Source: Wickerhamiella versatilis (Eukaryota). From it: DNA of 64,000 nucleotides. Shown here piece after piece: positions 52,870 to 63,501 of the stretch. The stretch is taken from NCBI GenBank assembly GCA_030867685.1, contig JAQOWU010000008.1, positions 1,984,001 through 2,048,000 of the forward strand, in the 5' to 3' direction. Each line of letters begins with the position of its first letter. Position 1 is the first letter of the stretch. Below the pieces are notes generated by a model that did no database searches, was not told where the DNA came from, and saw only the letters and a list, made by a program, of their open reading frames with translations. A program made the translations under genes and the position numbers.

Positions 52870-53269
52870 GGTCAAACAAAAATTCGAATTCCCGATTAGA
52901 AAGCGTTTACCGTAATAACGTAGATTGCTCGCGGCCCTTGCCCTTATCTTTCTTTTACAGGTTTCTCATCAAGTCATATTGGCTATTCGCCAAAAACTGA
53001 TTCGTGGCGTATATTTCCAGGCCAAGGAAAGGGGAGCAGTATTACCCGGCAAGAAATATCGACTGTGGTAAAGCCTCTTATTCACTGTTCATGTCATAGG
53101 AATTAAATGCGTTGATTCAAACATATGTAGTCGTATAAGCCCAAAGCTGGTGGTCAATAGCCAGCAAAGCTGTGACTTGTCCGTGCCCGATATCATTAAA
53201 ACCCGTCGAACCCTTACCCTTTATCGGTATATATTTTTCTGTGCGATACTCTCTAATCCTCCCAGAACT

Positions 53270-54889
53270 ATGACTACCGAGATTTTGCCTGAAAACGCTA
53301 GCTACGACTATATCATTGTTGGGGGAGGTACTGCTGGTTGCGTGATTGCCGAACGTTTATCTGCGTACCTGCCAGAACGCAAGATTCTTCTTATCGAAGC
53401 AGGGCCCTCTGACTTCCATATTGGCCAAGTTTTGCAACTCAGAGAGTGGCTTGGTCTGCTTGGAAGCGAGTACGACTATGATTATGGCACAGTTGAGCAG
53501 CCTTTTGGTAACAGCAACATCAGACACTCCAGAGCTAAGGTTTTGGGGGGCTGCTCGTCTCATAACACGTTGATCTCGTTCCGTCCGCTCAAGTATGACA
53601 TGGATAGGTGGGTCAAAGATGGATGCAAAGGTTGGGATTTCTCAACTGTAATGCGTCTCTGTGATAAGCTGCGTAACACCGTCCAGCCAGTTCACGCTCG
53701 TCATCGCAACCAGCTCTGTAAAGACTGGGTCCAATCTTGCTCGAGCGCTTTGGGAATCCCCATTCTGGATGACTTCAATGCAGGAATTAAGAAGTCCGGA
53801 AAACTTGAGGAAGGTGTTGGCTTTCTTTCGATCTCGTATAACCCTGATGATGGGAAGCGCAGCAGTGCCTCTGTCGCTTACATCCACCCTATCTTGAGAG
53901 GCGAGGAAAAACGACCTAATTTAACTGTGCTAACAGAGGCTTGGGTATCAAAACTTCACGTTGAGAATGATGTTGCTACGGGCATTGATGTGACACTTAA
54001 ATCAGGCCAGAAGCGCTTCTTGAAGCCCGGTAAGGAGATCGTTCTCTGCGCAGGTGCTATTGATACGCCTCGTCTGATGCTGCTTTCAGGCATTGGTCCT
54101 AAGGCCGAGCTTGAGAAGGTAGGAATTCCTGTTGTCAAGGACTTGCCAGGTGTAGGCGAAAATTTGCTTGATCATCCAGAGTCCATCATCATGTGGGAAC
54201 TAAGTAAACCGGTGCCCCCTAACCAGACTACGATGGATTCGGATGCTGCTATTTTCCTTCGCCGCGAGCCCACCAATGCGGCTGGTGCTGGTGACGGTGA
54301 TGCTGATATTATGATGCATTGTTACCAGATCCCGTTTACGCTCAACACTCAGCGGCTTGGCTACCCTGATGTACCAGATGGATATGCCTTTTGTATGACG
54401 CCTAATATTCCGCGTCCTCATTCCCGTGGTCGTCTATACCTTACCAGTTCGGATCCCAGTGTTAAGCCTGCTCTGGACTTCCGTTACTTCACTGACCCTG
54501 AGGGTTATGATGCAGCCACTCTTGTAGCCGGGATCAAGGCTGCTCGTAAGGTAGCTCAGCAAGCTCCTTTCCGTGACTGGATCAAGCAGGAGGTAGCTCC
54601 TGGTCCTAAAGTGCAAACCGACGAGGAAATCAGCGAATATGCTCGTCGTGCTCATCACACGGTATATCATCCAGCAGGAACTACTAAGATGGGTGACGTA
54701 TATCGCGATGAACTTGCTGTTGTGGATCCAGAACTTAAGGTTAAAGGCATCAAGAACCTGCGGATCGCAGATGCTGGTGTTTTCCCTGAAATGACCACAG
54801 TAAACCCCATGCTAACGGTTTTGTCCATTGGTGAGCGCGCTGCTGAGCTCATGGCGTCGAACGATTGGAGTCCAGATGCTCGTCTGTAG
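53270..54889 (+). CDS. Choline oxidase (CodA-type GMC flavoprotein), peroxisomal
   Basis: GGGTAG, HSRAKVLGGCSSHN (flavinylation His of Arthrobacter-type choline oxidase), DHPE, TVYHPAGT and TVNP; PTS1 ARL. First ATG at 53270. Confidence 0.92.
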   Translation: MTTEILPENASYDYIIVGGGTAGCVIAERLSAYLPERKILLIEAGPSDFHIGQVLQLREWLGLLGSEYDYDYGTVEQPFGNSNIRHSRAKVLGGCSSHNTLISFRPLKYDMDRWVKDGCKGWDFSTVMRLCDKLRNTVQPVHARHRNQLCKDWVQSCSSALGIPILDDFNAGIKKSGKLEEGVGFLSISYNPDDGKRSSASVAYIHPILRGEEKRPNLTVLTEAWVSKLHVENDVATGIDVTLKSGQKRFLKPGKEIVLCAGAIDTPRLMLLSGIGPKAELEKVGIPVVKDLPGVGENLLDHPESIIMWELSKPVPPNQTTMDSDAAIFLRREPTNAAGAGDGDADIMMHCYQIPFTLNTQRLGYPDVPDGYAFCMTPNIPRPHSRGRLYLTSSDPSVKPALDFRYFTDPEGYDAATLVAGIKAARKVAQQAPFRDWIKQEVAPGPKVQTDEEISEYARRAHHTVYHPAGTTKMGDVYRDELAVVDPELKVKGIKNLRIADAGVFPEMTTVNPMLTVLSIGERAAELMASNDWSPDARL

Positions 54890-55391
54890 ACTCTGATCTG
54901 GACATTCCTGTAAATTTAAATGGCTCCAGTAGTCTGACTATTTTAATTTTACAAACATTTTGAGTATTAAACAATAATTAAATCAAATGCAAAATTTAAT
55001 CTCAGGGGGTTGGTGCACCATATGTAAGATCCATTCCTAACGCTAAGGGCAGCGGTATGTAGTAATCCAATACGTCAACTCGAATACCAATCACAGGGTT
55101 GATCCACATATTACTAACATGACAAATTACTAATAATGATGGGTGAGAAATTTTTCATGGGGAGAGAAGTGAAATTTGCAAAGATGTTTAAATCTTCAGC
55201 CTTGTAATTTTTGCGTCGAGTTGTGCAGCTGGTGATTCGGGTGGGTTATAGTATTGGGGTCACCTATAAGCACCAGTTACATAATATCACCGGCATTATT
55301 AGCTTAGTTGTGACATAATATCCTTTTCAGCAGACATTACAGTATTTAAGCTCGCTGATGTACGCATCGAAAAGTTTTATTTCGGGTGAAA

Positions 55392-57032
55392 ATGACCGCA
55401 TTAAAGCAAGTGCCCAAGGAAACTGGCTATGGTAAAAAGAATGATTCTGAATCTGAATCAATTCTTTACGACAGGTTTCGGCGGAGTCAAGAATCCAGTG
55501 AGGGGTTATTGGCAGGTAACGAGCGTCTTGGTGAATTAGGGTACAAACCAGAGTTGAAAAGGGAATTCACGTACTTTTCTGCCTTCTCCTTCGCCGTGTC
55601 AGTCTCCGGTTTATTTGGCACTATAGCCACAACTTTTACTTATCCGCTCATGGCTGGTGATTCAGCGTGTGTGGTGTGGGCTTGGGCCATAGGTGGTGTG
55701 GGGTGTCTGTGTATAGCTTATTCTGTGGCTGAGCTTGTCAGTGCGTACCCAACCTCTGGTGGACTTTATTACGCATGCAGTAAAGTCTTCCCAAAGAAAT
55801 GGGCCCCGTTCATGTGTTGGGTGGATGGATGGGTGAATCTTCTTGGACAGATAGCAGGGGTTGCCTCAAGTGATTATGGTGCTGCACAAATCATTCTTGC
55901 TGCAGGACAAGTTGGAACGGATTTCAAGTACAACCCCACAACCAACCATGTAGTGGGTGTGATGGCTGGTATTCTAGTCGTGCAGGGCATGATAAGTTGT
56001 ATGCCAACTCGTTACATTGAAAAATTCACAAAATTCTACGTAGTATTTCATTTTGGTGCGTTGTTTGCGGGTGCAATAGCCTTACTGGCAAAGACTAAAC
56101 CGAAGTTCGACGCCTCATATGTGTTCACTCATGTGGAGCAACATAACAATTGGAACCCTCGTGGATTTTCGTTTCTTTTCGGATTCCTGAGCGTTGCTTG
56201 GACAATGACAGATTACGATGCCACTGCACATATCTGTGAGGAGATGTCTGATCCAGAGCGAAAAGCGCCTTGGGCCATTTCGATGGCAATGACTTTTACT
56301 TATGTTCTTGGCTTCCTGTATAACATTGTCCTTTGTTTTGCCATGAAATTGCCGGAATCACTTACCCAGGGTGAAGACTCAATTAAATACCTTCTAAACT
56401 CGGACCAGCCGGTAGTGATGATGTATATGTCACTTGGAAAAGGGGGAGCAGTTACATTCGCGGTGTTCATGTTTATTGTCATTAACTTCCTTGGCCTTAG
56501 TGCATTACAAGCAGCTAGCCGCACGATGTGGGCTCAAGCTCGCGATCATATGTACCCTGGCAGTTCTGCTCTTCTGTATCATGTTAACCGGCTGACAAAG
56601 ACCCCGGTGAACTGTGTGGTGTTCTGTACTATCCTCTGCATTGCAATAAATTTAATTGCATTGGGAAGTCAGGAGACTATCACTGCAATTTTCAATGTGG
56701 CCGCTATTGCTCTCGATTGGTCCTATTGCTGGCCTATCATGGGAAAAATGATGTTCCCTAATTTATTCAAGCCTGGTCCTTGGCACTTAGGTCCAGCCTC
56801 ATTTTTTATAAACTTCTATGCTGTTGCGTGGACAAGTTTCGTAACTATTATTTTCTTTTTCCCCACAGAAAGGCCTGTTACGAAAAATAATATGAACTAC
56901 GCTGTAGTATTTTTTGTGTTTATTATTACGGCATCAGTCGTATGTTGGTTCTCTGGTGGATCCAAGGTTTACAAAGGTCCCTCAGCAACTGCGCCTAAGG
57001 AAGAGGATGAAGTTCGCGGTAAGACCGATTAA
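55392..57032 (+). CDS. APC-superfamily ACT permease (HNM1/UGA4/TPO5-like; choline/amine/GABA)
   Basis: LGYKPELKREF, AELVSAYPTSGGLY, WTMTDYDATAHICEE, PGPWHLG and NMNYA. Confidence 0.88.
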   Translation: MTALKQVPKETGYGKKNDSESESILYDRFRRSQESSEGLLAGNERLGELGYKPELKREFTYFSAFSFAVSVSGLFGTIATTFTYPLMAGDSACVVWAWAIGGVGCLCIAYSVAELVSAYPTSGGLYYACSKVFPKKWAPFMCWVDGWVNLLGQIAGVASSDYGAAQIILAAGQVGTDFKYNPTTNHVVGVMAGILVVQGMISCMPTRYIEKFTKFYVVFHFGALFAGAIALLAKTKPKFDASYVFTHVEQHNNWNPRGFSFLFGFLSVAWTMTDYDATAHICEEMSDPERKAPWAISMAMTFTYVLGFLYNIVLCFAMKLPESLTQGEDSIKYLLNSDQPVVMMYMSLGKGGAVTFAVFMFIVINFLGLSALQAASRTMWAQARDHMYPGSSALLYHVNRLTKTPVNCVVFCTILCIAINLIALGSQETITAIFNVAAIALDWSYCWPIMGKMMFPNLFKPGPWHLGPASFFINFYAVAWTSFVTIIFFFPTERPVTKNNMNYAVVFFVFIITASVVCWFSGGSKVYKGPSATAPKEEDEVRGKTD

Positions 57033-57692
57033 CAGTAATATTTATAAAAAACTATCACCAAGCATTGGCTACTATTTCTGTTGTGGTTATGCTTGAAAAG
57101 AACAACGGAAGCTATGTGATTTATTGGGCTGCAAGTCTTTTACAAAGCATATATATATAATGATCAAAATATTCGCGCAATGAAGCTTACTTTATGATAT
57201 AAAATAATCGAATGTCGATATAATAATGTCCACATGTAGATGTGCAATCTTAAATGGATAGAATCTGTCTCATAAACTACTGGAGACGTTATCAGCAATA
57301 TTAATTGTAAAGTGTTGCCTTAGCGTCTTCCTATGAAAACAAGAAAACGATTTTTATCGCTCGACTCTAGATATTAAGTATTTTGTCATGGCTAATGGCA
57401 TCTCGTAGTCGTAAATGCGTATCACGCGTTACGTGATCTCGGCACCTACAACCTTAAATTGAGTAGAAGTTCAAGGTGAAGTAAATGAAGAGATTAGACA
57501 GTAGATTCCATAAAGTGAAAAAAAAATTCCAATTTTTTAGAGATCAATTCTGCATCAGGAAGTGTTTTGTCGCCTATTGCACGGCCGAGGCGTCACCATC
57601 AGGCTATAGTCTAACTTAATTCAAAGAGGTAGCATGAGTGGTTGCGTTGCGAGAGCTACATGTATTACCTATCACCAATAATTCGGTTTACA

Positions 57693-59324
57693 ATGTTGAA
57701 TTTATTGCTGTTGTCATTAGTCCAAGCTGTTGAGCTCTTCACACATCCTATTGCGCCTGATTATAAGCTTCAAGTGAATGAGCCAAAATCGTTGGGCGTC
57801 GATACAGTCCGTCAGTACAGTGGCTATGTGGAAACTCCAGCAAATAATAATCTATTCTACTGGTTCTTTGAGAGCCGTAATGATCCAGAGAACGATCCTA
57901 CGATGCTGTGGCTCAATGGGGGTCCTGGATGTTCCTCTATGGAATCGGTGCTTTTCGAACATGGTCCGGCACATCTTGATTCAGCGGGGCATTTACATAG
58001 TAATCCGTGGTCGTGGAATAACAATATGAACATGTTATATTTGGACCAGCCAGCACGAGTGGGCTTTTCTACAGGTAGTGAAATTGACACTACGGTTGAT
58101 GCAACAGCAGACTTTACTGCCTTCGTAAGACTATTCTTTCAAAAATATCCTCGTTATGCACAGTCGAATGCATTTCATCTCGCAGGTGAAAGCTATGCAG
58201 GTAGGTATATTCCCGTGTTTGCAGAGGCGATGCTACAAGACCAGCAGTCAAACGTCAATTTGTCAAGCATTGTCTTAGGGGATGGTGCTGTAAGTGAAAA
58301 AATAGCCTATCAATCATACCAGCCGATGCTTTGCGGACAAGGTGGATATCAACAAGTTGCGTCTAGCATGCAGTGTAGACTAATGTCTGCAGCTATGGGT
58401 AGCTGCCAGCAGTCCATTGAAGACTGCACACAAGGATCCAATGCTGCATGTGATCGTACTAGGATCACTTGTGGGCCTATAAATTCAGCTTTAAATGGCC
58501 GTAACCCTTACGACATTAGGGATAGCTCGTGCGCCCAATCGCAACAGGGATTATGCTATCCTCAACTTGACGTTGTTGCTGAATGGTTTAATGATCCACA
58601 ACATAAGGAATCTCTTGGTGCCAATCCCGATGTAAACTATGCCATTTGCTCTAATACTATGAATGCTCAGTTCAACCGCCACCACGATCGTTATCAAGAA
58701 TCTATTCAGAACGTCACAAACATCTTGAGTCAACGTGTTCCCGTGTTAGCATATCATGGTGATAAAGATATCATTCTCAACTGGCTGTTCGGCCGTGATT
58801 GGACATCAAGTGTAGAGTGGGCTGGACAGTCCGGGTTCCAAATGGCCATTGAGAGACCTACAGACTGGTATGAAAATGGAACCTTACTTGGTTCAGTATC
58901 TAATTATGATTTTTTTACTTTTTTTAAGGTTTCAAATGCTGGCCATATGGTGCCGCACGACCAGCCGGAGGCTGCTTGGCGCATGATTGATGCTTGGGTT
59001 TCTGGAGACTTCTCCTTCAGGTCTCACGGTGCAAATGGACAGACTAATGCCAATGATCCTCATTCCCCGGGTGCACCGACAGTAACAGGAAGAACTACTC
59101 AACGTACCACCTCCCCCACAGATTCTCTCACTTATAGTATTGATACCACGTGGACCCCTAGTATTATGTCGACAAACAATGCCAGTGTATACACTGGAAT
59201 TGAAGCGCAGACAAATTCTGAAGATGTTGTTACTGTCACCACACACCCACAAGCACTTGTGACGGTGACAGATACAAATGTTTGGGGATCCAGTACCGTG
59301 AATACAATTACCCTCAGCAAGTAA
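57693..59324 (+). CDS. Secreted serine carboxypeptidase (S10, CPY-like) with Ser/Thr-rich tail
   Basis: Signal peptide, QYSGY, WLNGGPGCSS, AGESYAG (Ser), GDKD (Asp) and AGHMVP (His). Confidence 0.92.
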   Translation: MLNLLLLSLVQAVELFTHPIAPDYKLQVNEPKSLGVDTVRQYSGYVETPANNNLFYWFFESRNDPENDPTMLWLNGGPGCSSMESVLFEHGPAHLDSAGHLHSNPWSWNNNMNMLYLDQPARVGFSTGSEIDTTVDATADFTAFVRLFFQKYPRYAQSNAFHLAGESYAGRYIPVFAEAMLQDQQSNVNLSSIVLGDGAVSEKIAYQSYQPMLCGQGGYQQVASSMQCRLMSAAMGSCQQSIEDCTQGSNAACDRTRITCGPINSALNGRNPYDIRDSSCAQSQQGLCYPQLDVVAEWFNDPQHKESLGANPDVNYAICSNTMNAQFNRHHDRYQESIQNVTNILSQRVPVLAYHGDKDIILNWLFGRDWTSSVEWAGQSGFQMAIERPTDWYENGTLLGSVSNYDFFTFFKVSNAGHMVPHDQPEAAWRMIDAWVSGDFSFRSHGANGQTNANDPHSPGAPTVTGRTTQRTTSPTDSLTYSIDTTWTPSIMSTNNASVYTGIEAQTNSEDVVTVTTHPQALVTVTDTNVWGSSTVNTITLSK

Positions 59325-59712
59325 TTAGGGGGTATTTTTCCACCAGTCTTGTATGGTAGTGGAATCCATCCATGACAATGAGCCACTAGATCTCGAATGT
59401 ATCATTCTAGCCCTGTTGTGCGTCACTGGTACACATTCTACATAATTTAGGGAATAAAATAGATTGCACTGTTGGTAAAACCAATAGAGAGGTTATCTGA
59501 CTGGGCTATTGTAGGAGGACTGAACAGTAGTATGCAGCAACCCCTCTCCTGCTAAGACGACCTAAGAACGTGCGAACACTTTACAGGGTTTCTCATAAAG
59601 ACTATTGTACCTTTTTTTTAGCAATTTCTATGATATAATGTTTGAAAATAGGACCAATGCCTTTTTTTGCAAAATATATTGCCGTCAATGGCTGGAATAA
59701 CTTAAAAGAACG

Positions 59713-61482
59713 TCAGGCAGTAGCCATAGTATGGTCTTCTGGCATACTATTCATATCATAATGTACAGTTACAGAGGAGAAATCACGGAACATATCTCTA
59801 ACTTCCTCTGACGTATGCGATGGTCTCCGCCGATCCCATCTATCACCCAATTCCAACGATACCGACTCCCTGAGGGCTCTGGACGGCTTAGGCGTATCCT
59901 CTTCAGCTGGTACGATGGGCGGGCGCATATTCCTTAACAATGCCCACTGAGTAGTCTTGAAAAATGGGTGCTGTTTCACATCGCTAGCACCTGCTCGGGA
60001 ACCAAGTCTCTTTGATTCATCCTTAATGAGCAGTTTTCTGATAAGATTACGACACTGAGATGAAGTATGCTGGAAAGAACCTCCATCTAAGAACGCAACC
60101 TCGTTCCTTAGAATTTTAGTAAACGTAACGCGTCGTGACTCCCCTTTGAAAGGAGTGATTCCATAGAGCATCTCATAAAGTAAGATTCCAAGTGTCCACC
60201 AATCAACAGCAGAAGTATGACCGCGACCTTTGATAACTTCAGGTGCTATATACTCCTCGGTACCCACAAAACTGTTGGTACGGAAATCAGCTATGCAAGA
60301 TTTTGTATCGATAGCTGTAGGGGCTTGACCTTTACCAGCTCCAACCATTGTGGGTAAGCCATGGCCCCCACTCTGTTTGCTTAGGTCGAAATCGCTGAGC
60401 ATGATATGACCCGATTCATGCAACAAGATATTTTCGGGTTTTAGGTCACGATAAATATAACCCATGAGATGAAGGTACTCTAATGCAGCTACTACCTCAG
60501 CTGCATAAAATCTGGCATCATTTTCGTTAAGGCAGCGACCTTCTCGTGCCTGGAGAACTCTAAAGAACTCTCCTCCACCACAATATTCCATGCATAAGTA
60601 CAAATAATCATCAGACTGAAAAGAATGATATAGTGTGACTATGAATGGATGGTGCGCCGTAGCCAATATCTCCTGTTCAGCCTTCGCACGTTGAATTTTA
60701 TGACGAAGAACCATCTCTCGCTTCGAGAGAACCTTCAATGCATACCTGTGACCATCACGGCGATCTTTTACCAGGAAAACTTTGCCAACATCACCTCTCC
60801 CAATTAGTCTGAGCTTTTCAAAATTGCCCGGTCCAACTTCAACCTCGGAAAACCTTGTGGATGACCGGGAGAAGCTTCGAGTCCTAAAACCTTGAGGCAT
60901 AGACATTTTGCGGGTATCAATCGTAGGAGGAGCTGACTTTGGTGAATTAGGAGCGGAAGCAACCCGTCTCAGGTTCTTGAAAATAGACCGATCGGGCCCT
61001 GAGAACTGATGAAGCGCTTTGGCTGCCGCACCTGAATCTGGGTTTGGCGATGGGCTGCGAGACTCAGCAGTCGATTGTTCATGTGATGGGGCCAAATTAT
61101 CGGGATTTTCTGCTGGTGGAGAGCCCTCTGGCTCTGCTGATTGGTTATTCAACATAGGGGTACTTGCTGAGCGAAGTCGTCTAAACACAGTGGTCCACCT
61201 ATTTGACTTTGATGTACTTGGACCATCACCATCGGGTAGAATTAGTTGTGGAACATCCTTTCCAGACTCCTGCTCTAGACCAACAGCTTTTTGCTTTGGT
61301 TCCACATCATCAGACACCCCTCCAGGAACCAAGTCAGTGGGGCCAATATCTGGGGAGTTTGGTTGACTATGCTGCTCATGAGCAGTACCCAGCTTGAATA
61401 TACTACGTAGCCGAATCGCTAAGTCCCCTGGCCACTCGTGATGCTCCCCATCCCCCTCACTACTCTGCTGGGTAAGTCGCAT
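59713..61482 (-). CDS. FPK1: Flippase kinase Fpk1/Kin82 (Nrc-2-like AGC kinase)
   Basis: [39 protein letters not shown] and [12 protein letters not shown]. Start at the ATG at 61482 avoids overlap with the next gene; an upstream ATG exists at 61584. Confidence 0.88.
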   Translation of the reverse strand: MRLTQQSSEGDGEHHEWPGDLAIRLRSIFKLGTAHEQHSQPNSPDIGPTDLVPGGVSDDVEPKQKAVGLEQESGKDVPQLILPDGDGPSTSKSNRWTTVFRRLRSASTPMLNNQSAEPEGSPPAENPDNLAPSHEQSTAESRSPSPNPDSGAAAKALHQFSGPDRSIFKNLRRVASAPNSPKSAPPTIDTRKMSMPQGFRTRSFSRSSTRFSEVEVGPGNFEKLRLIGRGDVGKVFLVKDRRDGHRYALKVLSKREMVLRHKIQRAKAEQEILATAHHPFIVTLYHSFQSDDYLYLCMEYCGGGEFFRVLQAREGRCLNENDARFYAAEVVAALEYLHLMGYIYRDLKPENILLHESGHIMLSDFDLSKQSGGHGLPTMVGAGKGQAPTAIDTKSCIADFRTNSFVGTEEYIAPEVIKGRGHTSAVDWWTLGILLYEMLYGITPFKGESRRVTFTKILRNEVAFLDGGSFQHTSSQCRNLIRKLLIKDESKRLGSRAGASDVKQHPFFKTTQWALLRNMRPPIVPAEEDTPKPSRALRESVSLELGDRWDRRRPSHTSEEVRDMFRDFSSVTVHYDMNSMPEDHTMATA

Positions 61483-61540
61483 ATGATGCGATAGTTTCGT
61501 AAGCACCACGCGGCGTATTGATGACCGCGCCTCAACCAAT

Positions 61541-62920
61541 ATGATGAAGAGAAGGAGACAAAAGTTGGATCTTAAATGCAACATAGGAAAAAGAAGTCGA
61601 GCACATTTGCCACCACTTCCACCTGCACTGATTGAAGCACCACAATGGAAAGTTATAGAACATTTCCCTCTACTTCTCAGTTTGACGTCGACACCCAGAC
61701 CAGCAGTATATAATGAAGACCTCTTACATGCAGCCAATGCTTCACTTCACGGTCTTGAGTCTGCTATATCGTTTTGGGACTCTGATAGAATGGTTTTTGT
61801 AGTAAGAAAGAATTGCGAGATGTGTCGCCAAGCGTCTGATCTGATGAGAGATTGTAATATTGTGGGATCTATGGTGAGGCGCTTGATACATACTCAAAAA
61901 AAACTTGCTGAATTTGGCCAATCTGCTACTCATAGAGCACTATCTAACACTATTGCAAGTGAGTTGCACAAGACTTTAAGAGCTTGTGATCAGCTAAAGA
62001 CACCGTTGCAACTAATTCGTGGAATGAGAGGTGTAAAGAGAAAATTGAAGCTGCTGGTACGTATTGTGGGCTGCGATGATCTCTCAAAGCCTGCAATTCT
62101 TTCTAAACTTCCTTCAAGTGCTAGTTTAGTCAATCGTGCCTATTCCTTGATTATTTTCAGAGATCGAATACTCATTAATGAGTTAGTTCAATCCTGGATG
62201 GTTGATCTAGATAGATGCCTTCGTGGTTTACCAATCTCTTCCGAATTTATGATTATTTCTGGGAAATTAGTTGAAAAAAATATTCCCCACTTTTTACCTA
62301 GAGCAGTTGCAGAAGCGTTTGCAGAAGCTTCGCAATGTCTTCCTTATTTGAATAATGTTCAGGGAAGAGAGGTGCCCAAGAAAGATTTGCTCGTGGTTCC
62401 GGCAAAGCCATTTACAATTTATATGCCTGGTAAACTTTTGTCAGATGCATTTGAAGTGAATCATAATAGTTACCCCCCTGTCATAAAACTACTTTTCCCT
62501 TTAATCAGGAGGTGCAGGTCGATTAGAACTGAATTCTGGCAGAAGATGGGTCCACAAATGCGTGCCATGGCCGCAAAGATTTGCTCAGAGGGACTGCTAC
62601 AAAATGGCCGATGGCTTACGGCTCTACAAGATGGAATTGTTCCGATTCCCATTATAGAAAGTGCACCATTGGTGGATGGGGATGTAATTAAAGTGTGTGA
62701 ATTTGTACGCTCGTGGTGGTTGTCCCAATCCCCTCCTCCCCACTTCCTCGACAGACTCAGCTTCAATGACCGAGTGCAACGAGCCGCTAATATACTAGAC
62801 TACCACTGCAGCCAATTGCGAGATGCAATATCGCAAAATGAGCTATCCCCCGCTCAGTGTACGGAGGCATTTGCTCGTCTCCTCTCAATCCCATGGGAGC
62901 TGGAGGCTTTAGATGAGTGA
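61541..62920 (+). CDS. Possible divergent gamma-tubulin complex component (GCP6/Alp16-like N-terminal region)
   Basis: 459-codon [21 protein letters not shown] and [20 protein letters not shown] recall the fungal GCP6 GRIP1 start. Weak similarity. Confidence 0.4.
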   Translation: MMKRRRQKLDLKCNIGKRSRAHLPPLPPALIEAPQWKVIEHFPLLLSLTSTPRPAVYNEDLLHAANASLHGLESAISFWDSDRMVFVVRKNCEMCRQASDLMRDCNIVGSMVRRLIHTQKKLAEFGQSATHRALSNTIASELHKTLRACDQLKTPLQLIRGMRGVKRKLKLLVRIVGCDDLSKPAILSKLPSSASLVNRAYSLIIFRDRILINELVQSWMVDLDRCLRGLPISSEFMIISGKLVEKNIPHFLPRAVAEAFAEASQCLPYLNNVQGREVPKKDLLVVPAKPFTIYMPGKLLSDAFEVNHNSYPPVIKLLFPLIRRCRSIRTEFWQKMGPQMRAMAAKICSEGLLQNGRWLTALQDGIVPIPIIESAPLVDGDVIKVCEFVRSWWLSQSPPPHFLDRLSFNDRVQRAANILDYHCSQLRDAISQNELSPAQCTEAFARLLSIPWELEALDE

Positions 62921-63237
62921 CACACACCTACCATAGATCTGATTTCAAAAAATCGAATTTGCATTTACGTCAATCTTAAGGTTAGACTTCTACAGCATTC
63001 AGTTAAGTTTTTTCAAATTGCGTTGACCCGATTTACGTTAGCCTGGCGCATTCAATACAACCAGGAATTCAATGACTACTAACTATTGCCCGTTCAACAA
63101 GGATCATCCTATTGGCATACAAAGTGCCTCCACAATCTAACTTTGCAAGTACAAATTATTGCCGCTTTTTGCTGGGCACTTGTCGCATGCACTGTCTACC
63201 AATCAGGAATAAATTAGTGCTGCGGTCATAGCACGAT

Positions 63238-63501
63238 TTAGCGCTGATAAGACCAGACATTCTCGAGAAGTCCGTCCTGCTGTGCCAGTCGGTTGATACT
63301 GTCGTCACCCTCTCCCTTTTCACGGACGAATCCGGACAGAGAGTAGCTGAAATGCTCGCCAGGGATAGCACGTCCCTCCTCGTCAATCTTAGCTACATTA
63401 ATCTGGACAGACGAGTGGTCGCTAGGCCTGATAAGGCGGTTGGTGGCAGAGCACTTGCGTGGTGTGAACAGCTCTACGTTGACTCCTCGGTCGTTCTGCA
63501 T
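63238..63501 (-). CDS. RPS21: 40S ribosomal protein S21 (eS21)
   Basis: [29 protein letters not shown] and [17 protein letters not shown]. Confidence 0.97.
   Translation of the reverse strand: MQNDRGVNVELFTPRKCSATNRLIRPSDHSSVQINVAKIDEEGRAIPGEHFSYSLSGFVREKGEGDDSINRLAQQDGLLENVWSYQR

Noticed and set aside
53150-53269. N-terminal extensions from TTG/GTG starts (choline oxidase, SPT3, FIG4, EutQ, carboxypeptidase and others)
   Set aside because: This is a eukaryotic sequence, and recognisable homology begins at or after the first ATG.
61483-61737. 197-bp coding overlap of the kinase ORF with 61541-62920 in the ORF track
   Set aside because: Depends on a non-ATG start; an ATG at 61482 removes the overlap.
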